This document shows positions 25,616 through 38,785 of a stretch of DNA of 64,000 nt, one piece after another (within the stretch, counting starts at the first letter, position 1; every line of letters begins with the position of its first letter). Origin of the DNA: Mobula hypostoma (taxonomy: Eukaryota); contig NC_086108.1 in NCBI RefSeq assembly GCF_963921235.1, positions 65,660,001 to 65,724,000 on the forward strand, read 5' to 3'. The translations under genes and the position numbers were made by a program. Below the pieces are notes generated by a model. It searched no databases. It saw only the letters and a program-made list of their open reading frames with translations, and was not told the DNA's origin.

Positions 25616-28389
25616 TCTTCCTGCTTCTCTTGCATTATTCTGTAAGTTACTGCACTAAGAACACACAAAGTGTGAAATTATCGAGGAATCAAAGTTGTTT
25701 GAAGCAGCAAAATTATTGATCACTACGAACAATTGCATGGTAAAGTGAGTTGAGGTAACATGAATATGCAGGCTGGAATCAACAAGTTTAGACTTTTACA
25801 CAGGCAAATTAAAGTCAATGTATAGATTAGTTGTTGAGATAAGATGTTATTCTGACCTAATCTGTGACCCTTGAGTTCTATAGTGAACCTTGGGCACCCG
25901 TTACTTCTAATAGATAAAAATGCATGGCAGAGTGAATGATAATATCGAAAGCAAGTTAAAATGGAGCTGAGCGTTAATTTATACCAGATCGTAAGGGAGC
26001 AATCTGCATGATAGGGAAAGGGCCAGACAGATGTTCTGTTCCAGAAGATCTCCTAAATGACTTGAGATGTAAAATATTTCATTTGTGAAGTGATACAGAG
26101 AGTTTGACAAATCACGCTGATGTAGCACCTTTGGAGATTGTGGAAAGTTACAAACTTAAGATGATAAACCAACATGTAAGGAAATATCCATATCTCTATA
26201 AAAGACTATATATTGGCATTAAGGCATGTAAACCTCACATGTACAATAAGCCAAATTACTGCAACCAAGGATTGGCATCAAACTCACTGAAGGTTGAACT
26301 AGACTAGTCGAACAAACTTGAATACCTTGCAGTACTGTTTAAAACTGACCAAGCCCTTAGGCAATATCCATCTTTTGCTGTATCAAAAATGGGAAAACAA
26401 GCTTTTGGGGGATTATAAGGAAACCCTTAAAGAAGTTGCAGCCAATAAACAGTTCTTCATCAGTAGTGCAGGAGATGTGTGCTAAATTGTTCCGAGCCAA
26501 TTCAGTGACCTGCCAAACATACACATAATTGCATGCTGATGAAATAAACATTGAAGATATTGGGAGACTTATACACATATAAATCTCCTTATGGCATAAA
26601 GTCATTACCCAAAATGTCTTCATCAGGATATTAAGAAAGGTAATTGAAATGAAGCATACATCAAAACACGTGTTTTAGAGGATCAGATTGCAGGATAGGG
26701 TTCGCGTGCTAAGACTTAATGTTTAGAGATGACAATATGGATATTGGAGAGATTGTGGTGATATGTGATTCTAAGAATTGTAAGGTTCACGTGGACCATG
26801 TGATCTGTGCAGAAGGTATTTTAGACAACAATCAGGAAAACTGAGTCTTAAATTGAATCCTATAATACATGAAGAACTGGTGATATAAAATATGCCACAA
26901 AGAGTCAAGAAGTGATATCTTCAATGGGTCAAGTGACACATGTTACTTTAAAACAACTGTTAAGGCTCCAAAGTCAAAAGAAGCAACATCAGTAGTTGAA
27001 AATAAAAACAGATTAGGTTAATGTTACTTAGCTACTTTTGCTCTTCTAAATGGGCAATCAGTGTAACATATGTACATAATCCCAATGCCCTCTTTGGCCC
27101 ATTTGATATTTCTGAATGATTCTGGAGTCAAAGGACAGTCTTGAATAACCCAGACACATCTTTTAGACCTTTCAGTTGTTACTGTGCAGTGCACTGTAAC
27201 TTAGCACATTAAGAAATCTCAAGAATTCAAACATTAAAACATTAAAAATCTAAATCTAATACATCAACTCTGTTTCTTTTACCTAACCAGCTGAGTGTTT
27301 CAATACTTTAATATCATATTTTCAACAAATGCAATTTTTTAAAACCTTCCTTAGTTATTTGATCTATAAGCATCACGATTTAGCTCAGTTTTCAGTGTAG
27401 CCAGTGATCACCTACTTGCACTATGTTGGCTGATGAACACACAGTACTGGGCACCTTAATACCTGCTTCCAAGCCCCGTGCCCCCCCCACACCCTTTGCT
27501 CACTACTGCTAAATTGCCACTAATAGCCCAACTGAGATCATGCAACTCTTCCTGTCACTTAGTTTGGTATCTAGACGACATTCAGTAGAAGGTTGGTTCT
27601 GTATCACATTTTTTATCTGATGTTTATATTTTGTAAACCTAACCCTATTGTCCTATTAAGTAAATAATTCTGCATTGACATCTGCTGAGGAACCAGAGGC
27701 AGAGAGGACTGCAGGAGCACCAGCTGGGTGGATAAGTAAAATATTGTTAATCACCATGACCAGAGACATAGCCCTTTGGCTAAATTGCCTCAAAACATAG
27801 ATTCTACTAATGCTACCATTAAAGATAGGTTACTTGCTGAGCATTAAGTTTTTGAAAATGACCAAGGGCAGAGTATTCCTCCATGGAGAGGTGTGAGTAG
27901 AGGTGTTACTGATTCACAGCATGTTGGCACTTATCTTTGATGCTTTGCAGTCATCATTTCTTTAAGGACAGATCTGGTATTCTGAAGGAGAATGCCATCA
28001 TGTCGGTGCATTGCTTCCAAGCCACTGATCTGTGAAAAAGAAGATGTAATTTTATCAGATTAGCCCTAACAGATGGCTTTCAGTAACCAGTTACCATGTC
28101 TTTTCATGCTGGAAAAGGCAGCACCATGCCAGGTTTCCATGACAGCAGTCTGAGAATCCATGGCAGAAGTCTTCAGGTCTCAGAAATAACACTGTAGCTG
28201 CCAAATGCTCCAGAATGGACTGAAGGCTGCAGTAGGAACATAAATGTATAAAAGTGAAAAACAGAAGCCTAAAGCAGAAAGTGTAAAGACAGGTGTAAAA
28301 TTCAAAAAGAAACATTTAATAAAAACAGGCCATTTTTGATGCTGTGTTTTATGTAAACATGCTCTGAATGGACAATCAACCAATGTACA

Positions 28390-28972
28390 CAACGTTCCCA
28401 CTAATTATTTTTAGATGCACAGACCAACTGTTACTCCAAGCAGCAAATTTTTACATGACCTGAACACTGTGCGACACTTTAAAAGTATTTTTATGTAATA
28501 TGCACATTTAACAAACACAAATCACAAACCACAACACAAGTAAATGACATGAGACAGTCAAAACAACTGACAGGCACAATAGCAAAAATAAAAGTTTTGA
28601 CTAGACAGCATCGATGTTCAGTAGGATGCCCGTTTATTAACAATGAGCTACCGACTTCCATTCTGTGTTTATTGTTACAACTTGTAATTGTGTTGTAACT
28701 TGAAACACTGACTATGTCAATATGTTAAAGCTCTAAAATGTTTCAAAGTAATGGTTGTGGTACATGTATTATTTAGAACATTTATGGATTATATTCATTA
28801 ACACATAATTACAGGGCATTTTACAATTACTGTATATTAACAGATTTCATAATTATATTAACATAATTTCAAAATTATTTTAACACTATAAAAAAGAAAA
28901 CTCCTGCTGCACAGCAAAAAAGCTATGTGAGTGGGAACATTTCAGTTACTGTGCAACCTAGAGGGAACAGTG
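28390..28972. mobile_element. hAT-type MITE
   Basis: Imperfect TIRs caacgttcccactaa and ctagagggaacagtg (11/15); 8-bp TSD-like aatgtaca/catgtact; followed by a LINE tail ending gattctgattctga. Confidence 0.6.
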
Positions 28973-29206
28973 CATGTACTATTTTTATTTTTTTATTGTA
29001 ATTTGTAGTGTTCTTATTGTGTATTGTAGTTAACAACTGCTGTTAGACAACTTGTTTCATGATCTGTCCCGATGATATTAAAGCTGATTCTGATTCTGAT
29101 TCAAGTGGTGTGACACCTACTAGAGAAAGACTAAGAAGCTTCTAGAAAAATGCAGAAGGAGCTATACTACCATTATTGGAAAATTCACTGATCAATTACA
29201 CATATA

Positions 29207-29720
29207 CACTTAGTGGCCACTTTATTAGGTACTTTTTGTGATCTTCCGCTGCTGTAGCTCATCTGCTTCAAACTTCGACACATTGTGCGTTCAGAGATGC
29301 TCTTCTGCACGCCGCTTTTATAATCTGTGGTTACTTGCGTTAAAGCCGTCTTCCTTTTAGCTGAACCATTCTCCGCTGACCTCCCCCATGAACAAAGCGT
29401 CTTTGTCCATACAACTGCCTCTGACTGAATGTCTTTTAGTTTTTCACACCATTCTCTGTAAACTCTAGAGAATGTTATGTGTGAAAATCCCCGAGATCAG
29501 CAGTTTCTGAGATACACAAAGCACCCCATATGTCACCAATAACTATTCCACAGTCAAAGTTGCTTACGTCACATTTCTTCCCCATTCTGATGTTTAGGCT
29601 GAACAACAACTGGCCATGTTTGAATATTTTTATGCATTGAGTTGTTGCCACGTGATTGATTGATTAGATACTTGCATTAACGAGCAGGTGTACAAGTGTA
29701 CCTAGTAAAGTGGCCACTGT
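29207..29720 (-). mobile_element. Tc1/mariner non-autonomous element (same family as 14538)
   Basis: TIRs agtggccactttattaggtac (29212-29232) and gtacctagtaaagtggccact (29698-29718); TA at the left end. Confidence 0.8.
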
Positions 29721-29789
29721 CTGATTATATGAAAATACAAGTATGCACTGCAAAGTTAAACTACAAGAAAAGTAAGAATTCTACACCCT

Positions 29790-31620
29790 AATCCAACGGA
29801 GGGGAGGATGTGTTATTTCTAATCTGCACTGACTGTGGTCTCCTGATGAGGATGTCAAGGATCCAGTTGTAGAAAGAGGTATAGAGGACCAGGTTTTAAA
29901 GCTTGGTGATTAGTACTGAGTGGATGATGGTGTTTGAATGCTGTGCTGTAATCAATAACAGCAGCCTGATGTAGTTACTGCTATTGTCCAGATGATCCAA
30001 GACCAAGTGGAGAGCCAGTGGGATTGCATCTGCTGTAGACCTATTGTGGCAGGCAGTATTCAATAGGTCCAGGTCCTTTCTCAGACAGGAATTGGTTCTA
30101 GCCATGACCAAATGCTCAAAGCACTTCATCACAGGAGATATGAATGCTACTGGATGATAGTGGTTGAAGCAGCTCATCCTGCCATTCTTGGGTGCTGGTA
30201 TGATTGATGCCATTTTGAAGTAGGTGGGAACTTTGACTGCAGCAAGAGAGATTGAAGATTTCCTTGTACACTCCAGCCAGTTGATTGGCACATGGTTTCA
30301 ATGCCCTGCCAGAAACACCACTGGGGCCTGATGCCTTGTGAGGGTACACCTCTTAAAAGATGATCTGATATTGAATGCTGAGACAGATATCACAGAGTTA
30401 TGAGATGCTGCAGGCATTCACACAGTTATAGTTTTATTCTCCCTTTCAAAGTGTGCATGAAAGGTATTCAGCTCGCTAAGGAGTGAAGCATCACAGCCAT
30501 TTATGATGTTAGGGTTTGCCTTGTAGGAAGTAATGGCCTGTAAACCCTGCCATAGATGATGTACTTTATATCAAGTTCCATCTCCAACTTCACTCAGAAT
30601 CGCTTTCTTGCTCTTGAGATGGCCTTCAGGAGATCGTACCTGGTCTTCTAAATCATTCATCTTGAATGCCACTGATCTAGCCTTGACACATCATAAATCC
30701 TCTGATTCATCCATGGCTTCTGGTTTGTGCATGTCTGGTAAGTTCTTGAAGACATACACTCATCCACAGAGTTCCTGATGAAGTCGGTGACAATTGTGGC
30801 ATATCCATTGAGATCCATAGATGAAAACATGAATATGGTCTGAATATTCCACTAATTCAAAGCAGACCTGTGAGCACTATTCTGTCATACCCTTGCAGTC
30901 CTTATCATTGGTGCTGCAGTCTACAGTCTTTGCTAGTACGCTGGGAGTAGAAGTATAGTCAGGTGATCAAGCTTTTCAAAGTGCAGGCATGGTATGGCAC
31001 AGTAAGAGCTTTTGATAGTGGTGTAACAGTGGTCAAGTGTGTTGGCTCTTCTGACTCCAAAGGTGACGTGTGGTGGTAGGTTAGAGACTTCTTCCGTCTC
31101 CCACAGTAGCCAAAAAGGCATAAGGGTGCACTTTCTCAAGACTGCTGATCATGGTGCTCAGCTCCTCCCGTGCCAGTCTGAGATGAAACGTACATTGCTA
31201 CGGGAATGGTGGTGGACAGATAGACTGGATGACACTTCCCCGCCACGTGTTCCAGGTCGAGAGAACAAGACTGAAATAAATCCATCATGTATGTGCACCA
31301 TGATGAGTTAATTGTGAGGCAAACACCACCATCACTGTCTCTACCTGATGCCGCTGTCAGGTCTAAGCAATGGAAGGCCAAGCTGTTGGGCTGGAGTGCT
31401 GGGGGTGTGCCTTGTTTCTATGAAGCAAAGTACACAGCAGTCACTGACGCCCTTTGGTACTGCAATCTTGCTCTGAGGTTTTCAGTTTTATTCACCTGAG
31501 TGTACATTAGCCAGGAGGATGTCAGATATTGGGGGCCTCAGGGCCCTGCACTTCAATTTTACTTGCAGCCCAGCTTGTTGACTGTGCTTTCTTAAATTGA
31601 AAACTGCATGTTACCTTGGT
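29790..31620 (-). mobile_element. Rex1/Babar-type LINE (AP endonuclease plus RT start), degenerate
   Basis: GGVCLTINSSWC, NTLDHCYTTIK...[36 protein letters not shown]. Confidence 0.85.
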
Positions 31621-32242
31621 GATCTACAGTTGGGAGTCCTCAAATTTTGAAAAGTGATAACTTCTTTTAAATTTCTTGAAACAACATTGCTTACTGAAGT
31701 ACCTATGACCGTGACTGTAGATTTCAGCTATAAAAGTCTGAAACAGGAATGTATTTGATGAGTCTCTCGGGAGCTGCAAACAGAGTTGCCATTCTTTGGC
31801 ATCGTCTTTCAGGTTGGCTTCAAATTAAACTTGCTCAGTTATTAATTGGATGATGAGTAAATCTGTGCAATTTTATTTTAAACATTTTATGGACATGTGA
31901 ATATTACAAAAAAAAAATTAGCTTGCATGAGGTGATTCTTATTCTGCCAAATTCCCCTTGAACTGAAATTCTAATTGACCAGGCAGAACCTTAGGGTGTT
32001 ATACTCTTCCTCATCTGCTCTGTCTTGTTAACCTGTTACATGCAATTTTGTAGTATGCAGCAAATTGGATTTCAGAAAACAATTTTTGACACTCACTTGT
32101 GAAAATTTTCATCAGTAAAATATCTGTTAATGATGCAGCTAAATATCAGAATCAGGCTTATTCTCGTCGAAATGTCATGAAATTTGATGTTTCGCTGCAA
32201 GACATAAAAAGTTGCTGCAAACAAATAAATAAATAATATCAG

Positions 32243-32410
32243 TGCCGGACTCCGGAGTGAGGGTCCCTGAGTTCGAATCCAAGTCAGGTTGAGTGTCGAG
32301 CTAGCAACTCGGCCTCGTAAAAACAAGAATAGCTTGCTACGGAAACACCGTCATGATGGTGCCCCGATAATGCCACTGCCGAGTTAAGGGCTATCCTTCT
32401 TCACTTCTTC
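32243..32410 (+). mobile_element. Short tRNA-related SINE-like insertion
   Basis: B-box gagttcgaatcc; CpG-rich body; cttcttcacttcttct tail; sits between LINE pieces. Confidence 0.5.
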
Positions 32411-32411
32411 T

Positions 32412-33126
32412 TTGGTGACATACCAAATCTCCTCAAACTCCTAATGAAGTATAGCTACTGGCATTCCTTCTTTGTGATCACATTAATGTGTTGGGCCCAT
32501 AATTGATCCACTTAAATGTCGATGTCCAGGAACTGGAAGCTGCTCACATTTTCCACCGCCAATTCCTCAATGAGGACTCATTTGTGTTCTCCTGAATTCC
32601 ACAACAAATGTTTCGGTCTTGCTTATTGCTAAGTATGAAGTTGATGTTGCAACACCACTCAACTAGCTGATCTACCTAACTCCTATATGCCTCCTCATTG
32701 CTATCTGAGATACTGCCAACAAGAGTGGTTTCATCAGCAGATTTGTAGATGATATTTGAGGTGTGCTGAACCAGGCAGTATGAGAGTAGAGCAGTGGACT
32801 AAGCACGCAGCCTTGAGGTGCACCAGTGTTGATTGTCAGCGATGAGGAGATGTTATCACCAATCAACAATGACTGTGCTTTCCTAATGATGGAGTCGAGG
32901 ATCCAGTTGCACAGGGGGTACAGAGAGCTAGGTTTTGAAGCTTGTTGATTAGTACGGAATGAAACATGGTGTTGAACTCCAAGTTGTAATTGATAAACAG
33001 CATTCTGATGTATGTGTTGCTGTTGTACATACAAGGCCGAGTATGAGCCAGGAAGATTGCATTCACTATGGATCTGTTGTGGTGATAGACAAACTGCAGA
33101 GTGTCCTGGTCCTTGTTAATTCTAAC
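32412..33126 (-). mobile_element. Rex1/Babar LINE fragment, continued at 41080-41305 beyond the Gypsy insertion
   Basis: SSSLTINTGAPQGCVLSPLLYS; the halves rejoin across the TSD ctaac. Confidence 0.8.
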
Positions 33127-35084
33127 TGTGATGGAGAACACTTGGTAAATGCAATCCTTACACATGCACATTCACTCACACACAAACATGCATTGTCATT
33201 CCGCTGTCATACCACACTTCAATGTCTTCCCCAATATAGTCTCATAACTAGCCCCCTGTTTTCAATCCACATTGCTACAAATATTCAGAGCCAGACACAA
33301 GGTTTGGTCTGATCTCATTCTTTATTTGAGCTTGATTAAGTGTGCGATTCTGCTGTTTCACACTGGCATTTCCCTGTGGTCACGTGGGATCTGCTGGGTC
33401 CCAAACCCAGCTGCTGTGCTCGGGCTGGCTTTATGGTGCCTTTCCCACCGTGCACGGCAGAATATTCCGTTTCTTTAGTAATGGGAATGTGTAAATGTGT
33501 ACATGTTGTTTGTATGGTGAATTTAATATAGATACTTCTGTTTATTTTGTAACGTGATTGAAACTACATTGTGGGGTGCATCATATTCTAATTTATGTGT
33601 AGTCTTAAGTTAACTTTGTTGGTAATTAAAGATGGTATGCCCTATGCCTAATAATCAGAGCTCATCGCCCTCAGTAGGAGAGAGAGAGGGACTGTCGGGA
33701 GTTCACACTGGATAAGAATAAATAGGGAGCTGTTATTGTGTTCTCTTGTAGATAGCGTTTTTTAAATATTGGCATTATTCTTTTCACTATTTTCACTAAT
33801 TTTTATAAGTTTGATTTTTGACACACCTAATAAACACCCTTGCACTAAAGTGCTAAGTGACTCCAGCCATTTCTTCTTTGTTCACAACCCCTGTATCTAA
33901 CATATGGTGGCAGTGATGGGATGGCCAGCTGCAAAGGGGTGCACTTAACCTAGGGGAGAGTGGGATTGCAATCCCAAGTCAGGAATCCTCCTGAGGCTAA
34001 AAATGAAGCAGATGCCGGGGAAGCAGTGGAGACTCCAGAGGAGAAAGAACTTCAGCCCAGGGTCAAACTCAGGCCAGAAGCAGAAGGGCCTTCAAGTGGC
34101 ACCACCTCCGAACCCACCCTGGAAAATTTGTTCAGAGACATTTTGTCTATCCAGCAGAGGAGAGATGATACTTTTAGAAAGCAACTCCAAAGCCTGGCAA
34201 TCACCCAGCCTGAGTCACCTATTTTCCCATCTGACCAGCCCTTCAACCCTCCTGCACTGCTGTGGAAGGGTCCAAAGATGCCTTCTTAACAACAAGGTGA
34301 CAATATTGTGAACTACCTCTTCAGGTTTGAAAAGATGACCCAGATATGGCAATGGCCGGAGAAGGAGTGGGCCTGCCAGCTAGTGCCACTACAAGGCTAC
34401 ACTCGAAGCCTACACTGCAATAGAAGAAGACAGACCCAAAAACTATCTTGAATTGAAGATGGCGCTGCTGGCTAACTTTAATATCTCAACAGAAACCTAT
34501 CGCCAACACTTCCGTTCCAGTACTCTACCACCAGGAGAATCACCCACCGAGACATATCATCACTCGAGGGGCTCTACTGCAGATAGATTTGACCAAGGCA
34601 GAAGTCCACGGAGGAAACTGGTGAGGCCATTGTCTAGAGCAACTGCTGCAAGTTCTTCCTCCAGACACCAGAATGGAAGTCTGAGAACATGAGCCAGTGG
34701 ATGGACGCACTGCAGCCCAACAGTTCCGCAAAAGGGATGCCATCATAGCCATCACTCCGAAGCAAGAGACTTTAACCCTCCAAGGGACTCTCAGTGCAAC
34801 TCTGCAGAATTGGAAAATGGGAGAAACAAGAGCAAAGAATCTTTGATAGTTTCTTCTGAAATTTTAATCTGCTACTATTGTCAGCAGCCAAGTTGTAAGT
34901 CCTCTGTGTGTCATTTCAAGAAGTCCTGCTATGTGGCAAGAGATGGAGAATATGATGATGACAACGATAATGACTGTAATGATGCTGATTATGGTATTGG
35001 AAACAAGCAGAATTTGAAGAGAAAGCCTTTATTTATAATAGTCAAAGTTAATGAAAAACTCATTAAAGTACCATTAGATTCTGG

Positions 35085-35638
35085 AAACACACAAAAAGTT
35101 GCTGTTGAACGCAGCAAGCCAGGCAGCATCTCTAGGAAGAGGTACAGTCGATGTTTCGGGCCGAGACCCTTCGTCAGAACTAACTGAAAGAAGAGCCAGT
35201 AAGAGATTTGAAAGTGGGAGGGGGAGGGGGAGATCCGAAATAATAGGAGAAGACAGGAGGGGGAGGGATGGAGCCAAGAGCTGGACAGTTGATTGGCAAA
35301 AGGGATATGAGAGGATCATGGGACAGGAGGCCTAGGGAGAAAGAAAAGGGGGAGGGGGGAAAAACCAGAGGATAGGCAAGGGGTATAGTGAGGGGGACAG
35401 AGGGAGAAAAAGGAGAGAGAGAGAAAAAGAATGTGTGTATACAAATAAATAACAGATGGGGTACAAGGGGGAGGTGGGGCATTAGCGAAAGTTGACTGTA
35501 CCTCTTCCTAGAGATGTTGTCTGGTACATCGACTGTACCTCTTCCTAGAGGTGCTGCCTGGCCTGCTGCATTCACCAGCAACTTTTATGTGTGTTGCTTG
35601 AAATTCCAGCATCTGCAGATTTCCTCGTGTTTGCGTTT
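35085..35638 (-). mobile_element. Penelope pLTR-only inverted-repeat insertion
   Basis: Same family as 17204; TSD ttagattctgg at 35074-35084 and 35639-35649. Confidence 0.9.
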
Positions 35639-35875
35639 TTAGATTCTGGTAACTCACTGCCATTCATTAAGAAAAATTATGCCCCTGTCTTTGGTGTTGA
35701 CTACAGTCACCAAACACCTGTCCAATGTTTCCATGGTGACTGGAAGTCTGAGCCACTGACAGAACTCACTCTTGAGCTGAATGACCACAAGTATTTGATG
35801 AAAGTGGGGGAAACTACCAGTTAATAAGATTCTGGGGAAAGATTTGCCTGTTTTACATGACTTACCGAGGAAGGG

Positions 35876-36184
35876 GTTGGCGCGTGGCCAAGTGATTAAG
35901 GCGTTCGCCTAGTGATCTGAAGATCGCTAGTTCAAGCCTTAGCTGTGGCAGTGTATTGTGTCCTTGAGCAAGGCACTTAACCATACATTGCTCTGCGACG
36001 ACACTGGTGCCAAACTGTATGGGTCCTAATGCCCTTCCCTTGGACAACATTGGTGGCATGGAGAGGGGAGACTTGCAGCATGGACAACTGCTTGTCTTCC
36101 ATACAACCTTGCCCAGGCCTGCGCCCTGGAAACCTTCCAAGGCACAAATCCATGGCCTCATGAGACTAACGGATGCCTATATAA
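35876..36184 (+). mobile_element. tRNA-derived SINE
   Basis: A-box-like tggccaagtgattaagg and B-box-like agttcaagcc; TSD accga(g/a)gaaggg at 35864-35875 and 36185-36196. Confidence 0.8.
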
Positions 36185-36654
36185 ACCGAAGAAGGGAAAT
36201 AGCCAGTCACATCCATCTGTCAATTCAAGAGTAGATAGTGATGTTTCTTATTTTGTCAAGACTCATGCTAAAACCAAAGCAATGCCTGGGTTGCAGTCTC
36301 TGCCTGACTTGGATCCTAGTCCATGTGAGGGAGGAACCAAAAGGCCTAGAAAGTCACACTGGCAACTACGTCTAGAGAAATATGCTGGTTCTCTTGCTTC
36401 TGTTGATATTTTTACAGAAGATGTACCCATTGATGATGATATTAAGGGGCCTGGGAAGGTTGACCTCTCCCATCTTGGTATTTGCTGACTTTCCATAGTT
36501 GTTTCAGCAATTGTTCCTATCACTATCATTATCGTCCTCAAGAAGGTACTTTGAGTGTATGTATTGATTTCTGAAAATTGAACGCCATTCATTTTTTATG
36601 CTTATCTTATGCCCCGGCAGTGATGATCCACCAGAAAGGACTGGACAGGTAAAC

Positions 36655-37680
36655 TCCAATCTGTGCAGATTGGAAATAACATCTCCACCTCTGCCAATCA
36701 ACAATGGTGCACCTCAGGGATGTGTGCTTCGCCCACTGCTCTACTCTCTCTATACCCATGACTGTGTGGCTAGGCATAGTTCAAATGCCATCTATAAATT
36801 TGCTGATGATACAACAGTTGTTGGCAGAATCTCAGATGGTGACAAGAGGGCGTACAGGAATAAGATATACCAGCTAGTTGGGTGATTTTGCAGCACAACC
36901 TTGCACTCAACGTCAGTAAGACCGAAGAACTGATTGTGGACTTCAGAAAGGGTAAGATGAGGGAACACAAACCAATCCTCATAGAGGGATCAGAAATTTC
37001 AAATTCCTGGATGTCAAGATCTCTGAGGATCTAACCTGGTCCCAACATATCGATGCAGCTGTAAAGAAGGCAAGACAGAGGATGTATTTTATTAGGAGTC
37101 TGAGGGGATTTGGTTTATCACCTAAAACACTCAACAACTTCTATAGATGTACCATGGAGAGCATTCTGTCAGGCTGCGTCACCATTTGGTATGGTGAGGG
37201 GAGGGTGGGGGGGGGGTCTACTGCACAGGATCTTCTCAAGTTGCAGAGAAGTGTAAAATTAGTCAGCACCATCATGGGTACTAACCTCCATGGCATCCAA
37301 GACACCTTCAAGAAGCGGTGCCTCAGAAAAGTAGCTTCCATCATCAAGGACCTCCACCACCCAGGACATGCCTTCTTCTCGTTGCCATCAGGAAGGAGGT
37401 ACAGAAGCGCACACTCAGTGATTCAGGAACAACTTCTTCCCCTCTACCATATGATTTCTAAATGGACATTAAACCCATGAATGCTACCTCAATACTTCCT
37501 TTAAAAACTTTGTTTTTTGCACTTCTCATCTTAATTTAACCATTTAATATGCATATATATACTTAAAATAATTTAGTTTCTTTTTTGTTTACTTAGCATG
37601 TATTTCATTGTACTGATGCCGCAAAGTTAACAAATTTCACAACATGCGCCAGTGATTTTAAACTTGATTCTGATTCTGAT
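36655..37680 (+). mobile_element. 5'-truncated Rex1/Babar LINE with 3' tail, inserted in the Gypsy RT
   Basis: GAPQGCVLRPLLYSLYTHDCVARHSSNAIYKFADDTTVVG; tail gattctgattctgat. Confidence 0.9.
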
Positions 37681-38084
37681 TACAACATTGGACCTTTGCA
37701 ACTTCTACTGGCAGGTTCCCCGGATGACCAGTCAAAATCTCTCACTGTCTTCTGCACACCCCTGATAACCTTTGGTCTTCCTGGTGCACGGGCAACATTC
37801 CAGCGGCTGATGGACCTGCTTCAAGGCTGTGAGGGTTGCTGTGGTCAGCTACAGTCAGCTCTGGTCAGAGCAGCTAGACCATCTGTCCATCACCCTCAAC
37901 CTACAGAAACGTGAGTGGGCAAAAAGAAAATCCAGATAGCTTGGTGACCAGCTGAGACATGGAGAGGTTTGAGCACAGGTGGAAAAAGTGGAAGCGATCC
38001 ACAACAATCCTCAACCTCAGTTTAAGAAGGAAGAGAAGTCCTTCCTGGGTTAGGTAGGGTGGTATCATAGGTTCATTCTCTAAT

Positions 38085-38785
38085 TCAGAAAGCTACAGAA
38101 CCAGGGCATCTGTACCTCCCTCTGCAACAGGATCTTTAAGTTTACGATCTGTTTGGATTGGAAATAACATCTCAACTCACTGACAATCAACATTAACACT
38201 CCTCAGGGATGTGTGCCCACCCCTTGCTCTACTCTCTCTACATCTAGGCATAGCTCACATGCCATTTATAAATTTGATGATTATACAACTATTGTTGGAG
38301 GAATCTCAGATGATGACGAGAGTGGGCATACAGGAGTGAGATACTAGCTAGTTGAGTGATGTCATACCAACAACATTGTACTCAACATCAGTATGACCAA
38401 AGAGATGATTGTGGCCTTCAAAAAGGGTAAAATGAAAGAGCACATACCAGTCCTCATAGAGGGATCAGAAGTGGAGAGAGTGAGCAGTTTCAAGTTCCTT
38501 GGTATCAAGATCTCTGAGGATTTAACCTGGTCCCAACATATCAATGCAGCTATAAAGAAGGTGAGAGAGTGGCTATATTTTATCAGAAGTTTGAGGAGAT
38601 TTGGTTTGTCACCCAAAACACTCAAAAACGTCTACAGATGGGCTGGAGAGCATCCTCACTGTCTGGTATGGGCAGGTGGGGGGGCGGGGGGCGGTGTGGC
38701 AGCCCTGTCTGTTGTAGCTACTGCGCAGGATCAGCAGAGAGTTGTAAAATTAGTTGGCTCCATCATGGGCACTAGCCTCCGTAGT
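38085..38785 (+). mobile_element. Rex1/Babar LINE fragment
   Basis: ORF 38393-38860 VERVSSFKFLGIKISEDLTWSQHI. Confidence 0.85.

Noticed and set aside
28129..28146. RFX X-box-like motif (another at ~23420)
   Set aside because: Isolated degenerate motifs with no supporting context.
35876..35945. tRNA gene
   Set aside because: No complete cloverleaf; it continues into a body, tail and TSD, so it is a SINE head.
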